From NCBI GenBank assembly GCA_964187785.1, contig OZ076409.1:69566001-69630000 (forward strand): DNA of 64,000 bases, read 5' to 3'. This stretch comes from Amphiscolops sp. MND2022. Taxonomy: Eukaryota. Below, piece after piece: positions 23,301 to 35,500 of this stretch. Both the position numbers and the translations under genes were made by a program. Every line of letters begins with the position of its first letter. Within the stretch, counting starts at the first letter, position 1. The notes beneath the pieces are model-generated. The model searched no databases, was not told the DNA's origin, and saw nothing but the letters and a program-made list of their open reading frames with translations.

Positions 23301-24002
23301 ATGAATAATCTACTAGACGTATACGAGCTGATCGACATCTCATCGTCAAGCGAGGAGGAAGGCGAGATCACAAGAGCTTCTGCCCCGCTACCTAGGGACC
23401 GCAAAGAAAATCCCAGAATAGTTGTCGAGATACTAAACTCGTCGGCGGAAGCTACTGCAGATGAGGAAGAAATTCTCGACCTTTCTCTAAACTCCCTGGA
23501 AACTGAATGCAAAAGAATGAAACTTAGCAAATCTTACACGAGCTTCGAAACAGTAGAATCGGGACAATACCCGCATTCGAAAAGTTCCGAGGAATTAGCT
23601 GACTCCCCAGAAAGCCCGGACGAGAGCTTGTCCTCTGATATATTCGTTGTAGAAGCTTCAGCAAACAGTGAAGAGTCGGTAGCAAGCAGTAAGGTAGCGG
23701 AATACCTCGAAAAGGTACGCCAGGAAGACTCTTCTACTTATTTCAACACGCCACTGGGAACACCCAGGAAAATCACCTTCACACCCGCAAGCCCCCTGAA
23801 TGACTTGGAGAAGGGAATCTATACAGCCGCTACTACTCCGACCATCGCCTCACAACTCAGAGCCCCAGGTAGCGTCATTCTTCTTACGAGAGCGGCCCTG
23901 TCACAACCCGCTCCCGGTCTGGCCTGTGGTTGCAGACGATTAAAAATCGGAAGAGGACATGGAGGTAGTTTAAGATTCCCAAAATCCTATTTTAACTGGT
24001 AA
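23301..24002 (+). CDS. Acidic, Ser-rich accessory protein (233 aa from ATG 23301) with SIM-like motifs; its 3' end lies inside the terminal repeat
   Basis: Open frame containing ELIDISSSSEEE, IVVEILNSS, EEILDLS and DIFVVE, with C-terminal KIGRGHGG. The same C-terminal coding sequence is at window positions 1-53. Confidence 0.65.
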   Translation: MNNLLDVYELIDISSSSEEEGEITRASAPLPRDRKENPRIVVEILNSSAEATADEEEILDLSLNSLETECKRMKLSKSYTSFETVESGQYPHSKSSEELADSPESPDESLSSDIFVVEASANSEESVASSKVAEYLEKVRQEDSSTYFNTPLGTPRKITFTPASPLNDLEKGIYTAATTPTIASQLRAPGSVILLTRAALSQPAPGLACGCRRLKIGRGHGGSLRFPKSYFNW

Positions 24003-26352
24003 CTCTAAAACTAACTTGAGATAAACTGTGACTAAAAGTGAAAAGATACGTCTACTCTATACAAGTCTCAATTGAAAATGAAAATAGGGAAATAGTTTAG
24101 CCAAAATGACTTTTACGCATTTCCGGTAAGACGCTTCAGCCACGTCAAATTAGTAACATTCGCCACCTGAAAACTAAATTAGGACACGTTTTAAAACAAA
24201 GAAAGCATAAGCCAATCTAAACGAAAACATATCCAAAATCATCTCCAAAAGGAACATCAATCAGATCTAAAATAGAAAATACATTGAGATGGCACGCCGA
24301 AGAAACTAAGCTTTTCTGAGAAAGGCAGTTTAATTACTCTTTGAACAGCAATTAGTGTAGTTTAGGACGTCAATATTGCGTTGTGCAAACAAAGCGGCGG
24401 AGGAAATAAGAATACATGTCGCTAGTAAGACGCAGACAAGTTTGGAGGTATACCAATTGACGCCACTGCCTCGCCTATACGTGCTAGAAAATCATTCCGA
24501 TTATCCGTCTATATTAATAACTTTTCTAGAACTCATTCCAATTTACCGCCGATATGACGTCACAAACTTGGCAGCTAGAGAGAATATACTCTAAAATCTT
24601 GGTCAATACTACGTCAACGCTACGCCAGCTAGCTAGTACCTGTTCTAAAATCTTGGTCAATGCTACGTCAACGCTACGCCAGCTAGCTAGTACTTGTTCT
24701 GAAATCTTGGTCAATACTACGTCAACGCTACGCTAGCTAGATAGTATCTGTTCTAAAATCTTGGTCAATACTACGTCAACACTACGTCAGTTAGACAGAA
24801 TATGTTCTAAAATCTTGAAGTAACATGTCACGAACTAACCAGGATAACCGTTTTAGCTCATCCAAAACGTTGGAAGGTATAAGGTTTAATAACTTTAACA
24901 AAGAAGTGCCAATTAAGTTATACTTAGCAAATAAGATGAAGACAAAAGATTTTGAGTTGTGATATACTGTCGTTGTCGTAACGTCGACTAAAAAGTTGTT
25001 CACCTAAAACTACAATAAGAAGCGATTTATAAGTGCGTTCCCCGGTATTCTTTGGACATAAGAGTCACAGTTTATATTCATGACTGGAGCGCATTGACAT
25101 TATTTTGTACAAGAAATGTATTTTTTAATGGTTGCATCTTTATATCTAACTTGTGTTTGTAGTCACATTTCTTGCGTTAATTTTCCGTTAAAACTGTCAT
25201 CAGTAAACCTGTTTTGGGATTATTATTATACAATCACTAATTGTGTTGGTGTGTTCACTAAAAGATATAATTTTGACGTAATTGTCACGTCAGACTTGTA
25301 GGATGTCAAACTATTGATCTATACATATATGCTTGTGATAGTTAAACTTTGTATTTAATTTGATATTCATCATCTCCAATCTGTCCGAATATTCTCTTAG
25401 CATCGCTCAAATAATCATAACTTGGAAATTAGTCATCAAATTTGATCAAGTCGAATTCCCAGATCAAGCATTAGTTGTTCACGTCAGCGTCATCTCAGCG
25501 TCAATTTCCCGAAAACCCAAGCAGTAAAACAGGGAATCATTTCCGGTTTGACAGACTGAAGTAATATCTACTTGCTGTTTGGGAGGAAACAAAAGGACGC
25601 CGGGATGAAATAAAATGCTCGTGATAGATGACCAATAGAGGAAAACTATCGCCGTGTCTCAAAATTTGACGAAATGTCGACGTATATTTGGGATCTTGAT
25701 GATTTTTTCACTGAAAAAACAGGAAATGACTAATTGTTCGGAGGAATTTAGGAATATGTACGTGATCAAATGATGCTAGAAGGGTATATATATGATGTGT
25801 AATTTTGTTTAAGGGACTCAGTCCTTTTCAAGCTAAAAAACTCAGTTGTTCTCAACCTTTGCTTTAATCTTATTCCAATCTCAACTTTATTGAAAACCAG
25901 AAAGATAAAATTGAATTCTTTGGAAATCAAACTTTCTTCATCAACATGTCAACAACAAGAAGCCAAAAAGAGGAAAAACACTCAGCGAGATACTGAAGAC
26001 ATCGTAAGTGAAGGTTTCATTTCACCAATAAATATAGAGAACTCGCGTTCTTCAAATCAGGATATAGACGTAGCAGGTCCGTCAAGCCCGAAATCCCCTA
26101 CGATAGAAAATAGCTCTTTGGAGAGTTTGAGAGCTTCCTTGAAGGAAGAAAATGCTTCCGAGATCAAAACTCTCCTTCCAGAGTCTCAAAGAGAAACGTT
26201 GAAGCTTCTGAGATCTGAAACAGGAGAAAATGTAAGAAATAACACGGTAGATGAAACGGAAAAAGAAACAAGGAGTTTCCACACCCCAACGAAAATAGTA
26301 CGAATCAACTCTACTCAAAATAACGAGCCTGACACGAATGTAAGTCGTAACA
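23951..26352 (+). repeat. 3' LTR of the Gypsy element (true 5' boundary is at or before 23951 and undetermined)
   Basis: Matches 1-2368 and ends GTCGTAACA. Followed by unrelated flank GCATG rather than the PBS. Confidence 0.88.
24591..24816 (+). repeat. 54-bp tandem repeat (4 units plus a partial)
   Basis: Units at 24591, 24645, 24699, 24753 and 24807; one more than in the 5' copy. Confidence 0.95.
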
Positions 26353-29300
26353 GCATGGTCTGAAGTATCTGGAAGAGAGGAACTGATGATAGCTAGTCAT
26401 TGACACCAATTGGGTAGATTCAGCCCTTTTGAAAATTAGTTTTTGTTTTTTGCGAAGAAACTTGAAGAATCAGGAACAGGCATTGAAGCTCAAATTGACT
26501 GTAAGAATTGAGCGGTCGTTACATATTCCATAACAACTGTGACTAGTTTATTTTTCTTCTTTTCCTTCGTCTTTTTTTTCGATATCGCAGAGAGCGAAGC
26601 GGGTTTCCAGACCCAACGCACCCCGTATTGACGCTCCGAGACTTTTTGAAAGAAGTTTTCATCAGAAAAAACGCCAATTTGGGATTTTCATGTTCCCATT
26701 TACAAAAGAGGGTTGTACGAGACGGAAGGCTCCATTTCGAAGTTTTCCTGCACTTTAAGACTTACAGACTCTTTTTCTAAATTTTGCCTTGCACATTTTT
26801 AAACAACGCCACGCATTCCGAGTTCGAAGCGGTACGCCGATTTTAGACCTTTTGGTATTGTTTGATATCCAATGCGACAAGAACTTTAACGTTGCAGATG
26901 ATTTAATTTTTATTTTCCGCCCATATTCCATATGGGAAAGGAAAATATTAAAATCAAACGTTCTTCTTAACAGAATTTGTCAAGCACCAAATTTACATTT
27001 ACCTTTAAAGATGTTACCAAAAGAATTAAACACACAAAAATTTAGCTTCGTGCAATTCGTATTTGTGGAGATTTCTGGACTATTTAGTTGACCCCAAGGA
27101 CCACAGAATGACCCAAAAAACGAGAAAATTTGCAAAAATTTCCAATTTTTGACGTTCCAATGAATTTTTTTGATAGCTATCGTGAATTAGAAGGTTGAAA
27201 GCAAGGCTTAAATTCGTTGTCCAGTAGGCTTCTATAAAGAGATAAATGCTGTTTTCCGATTGAAAAGATCTCAAATTAATACCGGAAATGACAAAAAAAA
27301 CCAAAAATACCGATTTTTATCGTTTTTTATGCAATTTTTAAATCCAATTTTCGACAGACTTCGTAGATGAGGACGCGTAAAAGGGTCAAAAGGAAAAAAT
27401 GTGTTGTTAGTATGCATAAAGAAGAGATGAATGCAGTTTTTCAAATGAAAAATGTCTGGAACTGACATCTAAAAAGACAAAATTTTCGAAAATTTTTCGA
27501 TTTTCACCATTTCAACCCATTTTTTCATCAAACTATCAATAAACTTCATGGACTAGATTGTTAAAATTCCTGAATAATAAGAAAGATTCTTGTTTCGGTG
27601 AGCTTTCGTTAAGAGATAAGTTCAATTTTTAAAAGAAATATGCATCGAATTGGCACTGAAACTGTCGAAAAAGTTGTTTTTTCCTCTTTTTGTTGCAATA
27701 TCTGTACAATTTCCGAGAACGAGCTAGGCATGACGTTTTTGAGGAAAAAGTTGAAGCGTTTTGCTTCAAAAACATTTCAGAATGACCCAAATTGAGTCGA
27801 AAAGCTTCAACATCTTCGTTTTAAGGCAACTTTTCTGGACCTTCTGAATCATTTTGGAGTCAGAATGTTGGCAAACGTAGAAACAAGATTGAACTTATGA
27901 TGCAATAGGCTTTTTGAGCAATATTTGCAGACTTCGGTTGGAAGAATGGCTCAAACTTGACCGCAAAAGTAAAAAATGTCGAATTTTTTGCCGATTTTCG
28001 ATATTTTCAGTGAACTTTTATTTGATATTGAAAGGTTTTAGTAAAATGAATGCTTCGAAAAACTCCAGATGATAAAACTAGGTCCACAGCACGTTTTTTG
28101 AAGAGAAAATTGCATGTTTAATGGAGAAAAGTTACTTCAGAATCACCCAAATATTGCAAAAATAGGAAGTTTGTACTTTTTTTTACATTTCTAGGCAGCT
28201 TTTGAATGTTTTTTGCACTATTTCTTGGCATAAACTGGTTTGAAAAACACAACAATGACTAATATTGGTATCCAGTAAGCAATTTTGAAGATATCACTTT
28301 AGGAATTTAGGAATATGTACGTGATCAAATGATGCTAGAAGGGTATATATATGATGTGTAATATTGTTCAAGGGACTCAGTCCTTTTCAAGCTATAAAAC
28401 TCAGTTGTTCTCAACCTTTGCTTTAATCTTGTTCCAATCTCAACTTTATTGAAAACCAGAAAGATAAAATTGAATTCTTTGGAAATCAAACTTTCTTCAT
28501 CAACATGTCAACAACAAGAAGCCAAAAGAGGAAAAACACTCAGCGAGATACTGAAGACATCGTAAGTGAAGGTTTCATTTCACCAATAAATATAGAGAAC
28601 TCGCGTTCTTCAAATCAGGATATAGACGTAGCAGGTCCGTCAAGCCCGAAATCCCCTAGGATAGAAAATAGCTCTTTGGAGAGTTTGAGAGCTTCCTTGA
28701 AGGAAGAAAATGCTTCCGAGATCAAAATTCTCCTTCCAGAGTCTCAAAGAGAAATGTTGAAGCTTCTGAGATCTGAAACAGGAGAAAATGTAAGAAATAA
28801 CACGGTAGATGAAACCGAAAAAGAAACAAGGAGTTTCCACACCCCAACGAAAATAGTACGAATCAACTCTACTCAAAATAACGACCCTGACACGAATGTA
28901 AGTCGTAACAGCATGGTCTGAAGTATCTGGAAGAGAGGAACTGATGATAGCTAGTCATCGACACCAATTGGGTAGATTCAGCCCTTTTGAAATTTAGTTT
29001 TTGTTTTTTGCGAAGAAACTTGAAGAATCAGGAACAGGCATTGAAGCTCAAATTGACTGTAAGAATTGAGCGGTCGTTACATATTCCACAACAACTGTGA
29101 CTAGTTTATTCTTCTTCTTTTCCTTCGTCTTTTTTTTCAATATCGCAGAAAGCGAAGCGGGTTTCCAGACCCAACGCACCCCGTATTGACGCTCCGAGAC
29201 TTTTTGAAAGAAGTTTTCATCAGAAAAAAATGCCAATTTGGGATTTTCATGTTCCCATTTACGAAAGAGGGTTGTACGAGACGGAAGGCTCCATTTCGAA

Positions 29301-30857
29301 GTTTTCCTGCACTTTAAAACTTACAGACTTTTTTCTAAATTTTGCCTTGCACATTTTTAACAACGCCACGCATTCCGAGTTCGAAGCGGTACGCCAATTT
29401 TAGACCTTTTGGTATTGTTTGATATCCAATGCGACAAGAACTTTAACGTTGCAGATGATTTAATTTTTATTTTCCGCCCATATTCCATATGGGAAAGGAA
29501 AATATTAAAATCAAACGTTCTTCTTAACAGAATTTGTCAAGCACCAAATTTACATTTACCTTTAAAGATGTTACCAATAGAATTAAACACACAAAAATTT
29601 AGCTTCGTGCAATTCGTATTTGTGGAGATTTCTGGACTGTTTAGTTGACCCCAAGGACCACAGAATGACCCAAAAAATGAGAAAATTTGCAAAAATTTCC
29701 AATTTTTGACGTTCCAATGAATTTTTTTGATAGCTATCGTGAATTAGAAGGTTGAAAGCAAGGCTTAAATTCGTTGTCCAGTAGGCTGCTATAAAGAGAT
29801 AAATGATGTTTTCCGATTGAAAAGATCTCAAATTAATACCGGAAATGACAAAAAAAACCAAAAATACCGATTTTTATCGTTTTTTATGCAATTTTTTAAA
29901 TCCAATTTTCGACAGACTTCGTAGATGAGGACGCGTAAAAGGGTCAAAAGGAAAAAATGTGTTGTCAGTATGCATAAAGAAGAGATGAATGCAGTTTTTC
30001 AAATGAAAAATGTCTGGAACTGACATCTAAAAAGACAAAATTTTCAAAAATTTTTCGATTTTCACCATTTCAACCCATTTTTTCATCAAACTATCAATAA
30101 ACTTCATGGACTAGATTGTTAAAATTCCTGAATAATAAGAAAGATCCTTGTTTCGGTGAGCTTTCGTTAAGAGATAAGTTCAATTTTTAAAAGAAATATG
30201 CATCGAATTGGCACTGAAACTGTCCAAAAAGTTGTTTTTTTCCTCTTTTTGTTGCAATATCTGTACAATTTCCGAGAACGAGCTAGGCATGACGTTTTTG
30301 AGGAAAAAGTTGAAGCGTTTTGCTTCAAAAACACTTCAGAATGACCCAAATTGAGTCGAAAAGCTTCAACATCTTCGTTTTAAGGCAACTTTTTTGGACC
30401 TTCTGAATCATTTTGAAGTCAGAATGTTGGCAAACGTACAAACAAGATTGAACTTATGATGCAATAGGCTTTTTGAGCAATACTTGCAGACTTCGGTTGG
30501 AAGAATGGCTCAAACTTGACCGCAAAAGTAAAAAATGTCGAATTTTTTGCCGATTTTCGATATTTTCAGTAAACTTTTATTTGATATTGAAAGGTTTTAG
30601 TAAAATGAATGCTTCGAAAAACTCCAGATGATAAAACTAGGTCCACAGCACGTTTTTTGAAGAGAAAATTGCATGTTTAATGGAGAAAAGTTACTTCAGA
30701 ATCACCCAAATATTGCAAAAATGGGATGTTTGTACTTTTTTTTACATTTCTAGGCAGCTTTTGAATGTTTTTTGCACTATTTCTTGGCAGAAACTGGTTT
30801 GAAAAACACAACAATGACTAATATTGGTATCCAGTAGGCAATTTGGAAGATATCACT
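25742..30857 (+). repeat. Tandem duplication of ~2.56 kb (25742-28298 / 28301-30857): LTR 3' end plus flank
   Basis: Colinear near-identical copies, each containing the LTR end/GCATGG junction. Confidence 0.95.
28505..28921 (+). CDS. LTR-encoded gag N-terminal peptide (138 aa; intact in the duplicated LTR end, stop supplied by the flank)
   Basis: MSTTRSQKRKNTQ...TNVSRN then SMV*. Expression unknown. Confidence 0.45.
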   Translation: MSTTRSQKRKNTQRDTEDIVSEGFISPINIENSRSSNQDIDVAGPSSPKSPRIENSSLESLRASLKEENASEIKILLPESQREMLKLLRSETGENVRNNTVDETEKETRSFHTPTKIVRINSTQNNDPDTNVSRNSMV

Positions 30858-32464
30858 GCAATTTTTTGTCAGAACTTGTCTCAAAAACACCCAGAAATCC
30901 ATGAAACAACAAAAAAGCAGGTTTTTTCACACTTTAAACCTAATTTTTGTTCTAACTACGAACGTTTTTGAAGAATAGGACCTTCTCTGAGCTGAGCGGC
31001 GAAACAATAGTGTATTCAAAACGCAATTTGGGAAAAAAAGGGGATGAAGTTCATCGAGTTTGCAACAAATGTGTAACAAAGTTTACAACAAATTTTCGGA
31101 TTTTTTCAATTTTCGATAACGTAGTCCCACTCTTCGAAAATTCACTTCAATCACAAAACCTATCGGATCAGGATTGAAACATGTAGCTTTCGTAAATGTT
31201 TCGAAAAAACATCAGACAAGTTTTATTCGCACAACTTTCAAAAACAAAACTTGAAAACGTAAATTTCCACCTTACTCGTCAAATATTCAACATTCGATAA
31301 GCTCCAAGCAAAATCACTAGTAATGGAATACACCTTCCACCATAAATTTTTTCGAGCTACTTCGTAGGTTATAAAGGTGAAACATTCGACAACAACTAAA
31401 ATCGGTGTCTAGTAGGCATTTTTTGGAGAGCCATTTGAAGAAACGTTCCTCAAAGTGACACAAAGTTGTCGAAAATACTTCCGGTGAAACAATGTGCAAT
31501 AATACAACAAACCGGGACCGTTTAAGCTTCCTAAACTTGCAAAGGACCAAGTTTCAAGCTTTTACCATTTTCTCAGTGCCAAAATTTACCCCAAGAAATA
31601 CGCCTTAGACTCGGAAGCCACTTTTTTCCCTTCAGAAGTCACAAAAATTTCATTTTTGTGAATTTGTTTTGGTAGAGTTTTTTTTTGGCGACACAAGTTT
31701 CAGCTCGCAATGATACTTTTGTTAAACTGAAATCAGCTGTGAAAGCAAGGGGGTACCCTTCGCCTAAATGAAAATTTCGGAAAGACAAAGAGAGTCGAAA
31801 AAAACTGAAATGAGGTATTTTCCACAATCAATAGGAAAACTCGTCAATTCCACATGATCAAAAGTAACAAAGAGATCACCCTCAAGACTCGGGAAACTTA
31901 TTTCCTTTGAAGCAATTCTCAAAAACTAAAAATTGCTAAAATTGTTTTTGAAAAAAATTCCGAAAAATTTCTCTTTACTCACTGAGTCGCATATTGCCGA
32001 AAAAAACCAAAAATGGGCGGCTTCCGCAGAAATATAAAATTAGGTGTTTCCTTTAAAAATGGGCTAAAATGAATCAAAGCTCTTTGCTTTGAATGTTTTT
32101 GCGTTTTCATAGTGCACTGGCTACTCTTGAGCCTCAAATTTAAGTTGTTGTAGAACAGTTTGGGGCGGAAAATATCTCGCTGCTCAGCGAGTGTCTTGTT
32201 CAAACATTGACAAAACAAACACGTGTTAATCAGCAACAGCTACAGCTGGGGAAGGTAATCGACCTTAACGATAGAAAGTGATGTGTAATGAAACTCTAAT
32301 AATGCAAATGATTTAACATTTTTAGTGTTGCCCATTTATGTTGTCATCGAATAGACTATCATCCAAGTTACCTTATTTACTTTACCGAGATTACAGGAAT
32401 ATGACGAAAACAAATTTGAAACAAATACGACGAAAAACAAATATGACGACAAGCGAAATGGGAT

Positions 32465-32530
32465 ATGTCAGTTTGCCTAAGGGTTACAGCGCTGCATCTA
32501 AAGCAGCAGCACGGGGTTCGTTCCCCGTTA
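32465..32530 (+). other. Degenerate tRNA-like (SINE-head-like) segment
   Basis: TTGCCTAAGGG A-box-like and GGTTCGTTCCC B-box-like at tRNA spacing; no full cloverleaf. Confidence 0.35.
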
Positions 32531-35500
32531 TCATCAAATGTTTTTATTATTAACTGTTCTGTATGAATATTGTGAGACGTTTTTCCGATTTTTTTTTCAT
32601 TTCACTAAATTGTTCACATCTTTCGAACCCAAAGTGCCTCCTTTAGGTTTTTCCGAAAGTGTACTTTTTTCCAAGAGAAGTTTTCAACGATTTCGGTTTT
32701 CTTTGTAAATAAATTTTTTTGAGGAAACGTTTTTCCGAAAAAAATCAATTTGGGTGCTTTTTCTAATCTGAATTTCATTCTAATCAGTCTAATGTTTTTT
32801 GGCCCTTGAGCGGGTTGTCGGCGTTTTCATTTTGTTTCTCAAAAGCTCATTTTTATTTTAATTTCATTCAAAAAAACTTGAGCCTCATGTCAAAATTGGT
32901 GTTACTGTAGAGAATATGCTGTGCATAATAACTATACTTTTTATCGTAAATAGGGAAGATGGGAGTAAAGAGGTCGGAAAATTTAGTGTACAAAAAATTT
33001 AGTATCACTATTCGAACTCGCCTACAGGCGGAAACAATCGAGGATACTACACAGAGACTGACAGAATTTGAAGGCATGCAAGTTCGAATTTCTTTTGTAA
33101 AACTGAAAATTTCAGACTTCAAAAATGGCAACAAATACGTGCCATGTTTCTTTTTTGCTTTGCGATTGTCATTATTTCTGATGGAAAGACACTTTCCCGA
33201 TAAGAAGACAGTTTAAGCATAAAATTCTGCTACTCAGTACAAAAGAGAATTTTGAATTCTTGCTACGCTTTGTGAAGTGCTGGCTTTTCCTCAAAAATTG
33301 CAAATTCCTGCAAGTACTAATTCAATTGCATTTTCCATCTGATTGTCCACCAAAAACGGACTTGTAATGTTTTGCGCCCCGGGTAGCTAGATGCATAGGT
33401 GCCCAGCCAAGCTAGTGTATACCGGTGGTAAGGCAACTCGTAACCGGAAACATCACAGCCGTTATTTGTCCACTAATCGATCACACACATGAATTCTTTT
33501 GAACAAATATATTGTTCACGCATCTGACACACATTATTTTCCCTCTTTTTTTCCATTTTTTATCCAACTTTTTTTGTTTCTTTTTTCGTTCATTTCCAAG
33601 CGAAAGAATCGAGAGAATCAAAATTTGCTGCAGTGTAGATTGGTAAGTTTACTCAATCTTCAATTAATCTTTTTAGCAGATGCAATTTTACGGCTACACA
33701 CGCCGTTATTTCAATACTAGTAGCAACCTTTTTAAAAAATTTTAGCTTTCAATGTTTGAAGAACTTTTGATATTTTATGAGTCTGTGAAAATAAGTACAT
33801 TGTTGGATGCATTGAAAAATCAGCGAATAATTTTTTTTTCATTTAGAGCAGTTGCAAATTCAAGTTGCTTTCAATTTTGCGGTTTATGAGAAGTAAACGT
33901 GAGAAGCAGTTATACTCTCGCGCAGGTTTTAGTGGTCAATTAAGGATCACAAAGAAACTATGAAAGCATTGCGCAGACTTTCGGGAAAATTGGGAAAACA
34001 ATTTAACAATAAGTTCTTCAACTTCATCAAGCAGGTGAGTCTGTTTTTCAAACCTTCTATGTAGATACAAAAAGTTCCGTTTTCCAATGATCATCTCACT
34101 TCAGTTGTTAAATTTGGGAAATGGGTGCCTGTGAAAAATCTAGGAATAGTAATTTTTCGGCATTTTCTGAATAATTTTAGCTTTGTAGTTCTGACAGTTT
34201 TATGAACTGATTTTCAATTGCTTCCGGTTTTTTGTCGATTCGCTTGCAAATTTTTTTGATAATCCAATCGCGACAACTATTTCGGAACAGGGTTATTAAT
34301 CAAAAACTTACTTGCTTTCTTTGGAAGAGGTCATCTTAGAGCATTATGAAATGTTTCTTGGGGGTAGGGGTTCAAGTTTACACCAAGCATATACAAGCGC
34401 TCAAGCATAGCCAAATATCCATTTTTGTTACTCATATACTTCCTCGCAAGCTTGCATGTGTTGAATCTTGCTCAATTAGCGTCTGTCAAAAACAATGCGG
34501 TGTATTTAGTAGTTCAAAAATGAATTGATTTTATGGGTGGTAACTCTTTCCTGCTATATAATTATATCCCATTGACCACCAGGCAATGGAAGCCCATCGA
34601 TGAAGTTCCATGGATGTTAAGATTTGCAGGCAAAATATCTCGAGTGTTTATGCCACGCTCGGTTTCCCAGAGGAATCAAAACTGAAGGAAAGCGGGAAGA
34701 AGTGAAATTGATGGAAGTGATATAAATACGTCCTCCTTCCACGTCATTGATCACGTGACTGATCACGTGACACAGATAGTGATCGGAAAGACAAAATGGC
34801 GTTATTTTTTATATCATTTATAACTTCAAACATTGCTTAATTCCATATTTATTAGGAAGAAGGCACGAATATATCGTGTAAATTATAGACTTGAAGACCG
34901 TCTGGCTTCTTCGACTTGATAGATGTTTTTATACCAAATATTTTGACTCATTTTTCTTATTCATTTTCTGTTCCCATAAAAATCTGGCCAATTTGTCTTA
35001 CCGAGGGACGTATACTGAGACATGGTACCCTTTTGTCTTTTCCAAGACCAGAACTTTCTCGCTTATCAAAATTATTCTCATTCAAAATGTTCGCAAATCC
35101 GGACACTTACCACATCCTCTGTCCCGCCCTCGAAATTTTTGGTTAACAGAAAAGCACTTGTATAGAAAACCTTATCTTTGCATTTCATTAAAATTATTTG
35201 CCAAATTAAAGATTTATGTTGGCAAAATACTGAGCATTGAAGTATTGCTACAACAGGCTTTCAATTCAAATGCAGATGTTATCATGCAAATTTTATATTC
35301 AATTTTTTCACAAAAATGTATGTGGGTTTAAAAGCAGTTACAAATTCCATACACGAAACTACTTACGCAGACATTAAACAGGTAAAATAAAGGAAAGGTT
35401 AGTTTAAAGTTACCGTTTTACATTCTGGTGAGATATTCTAGACCTGTGAACATTTTCTCTTTCTCCGCCCATAGTTTGATTTTATGAAAAAATTTTTATC

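Larger units (their letters stand above)
1..26352 (+). mobile_element. Large Ty3/Gypsy LTR retrotransposon, decayed and probably chimeric; 5' end lies outside the window; carries two nested BEL sequences and a cargo cassette
   Basis: Direct repeats 1-2368 / 23951-26352 both end ...GTCGTAACA. A PBS follows the first. Domain order is gag-PR-RT-RH-IN, as in Gypsy. Confidence 0.9.

Noticed and set aside
33847..34033. Host exon with good splice sites
   Set aside because: Stops in all three frames; no recognisable product.
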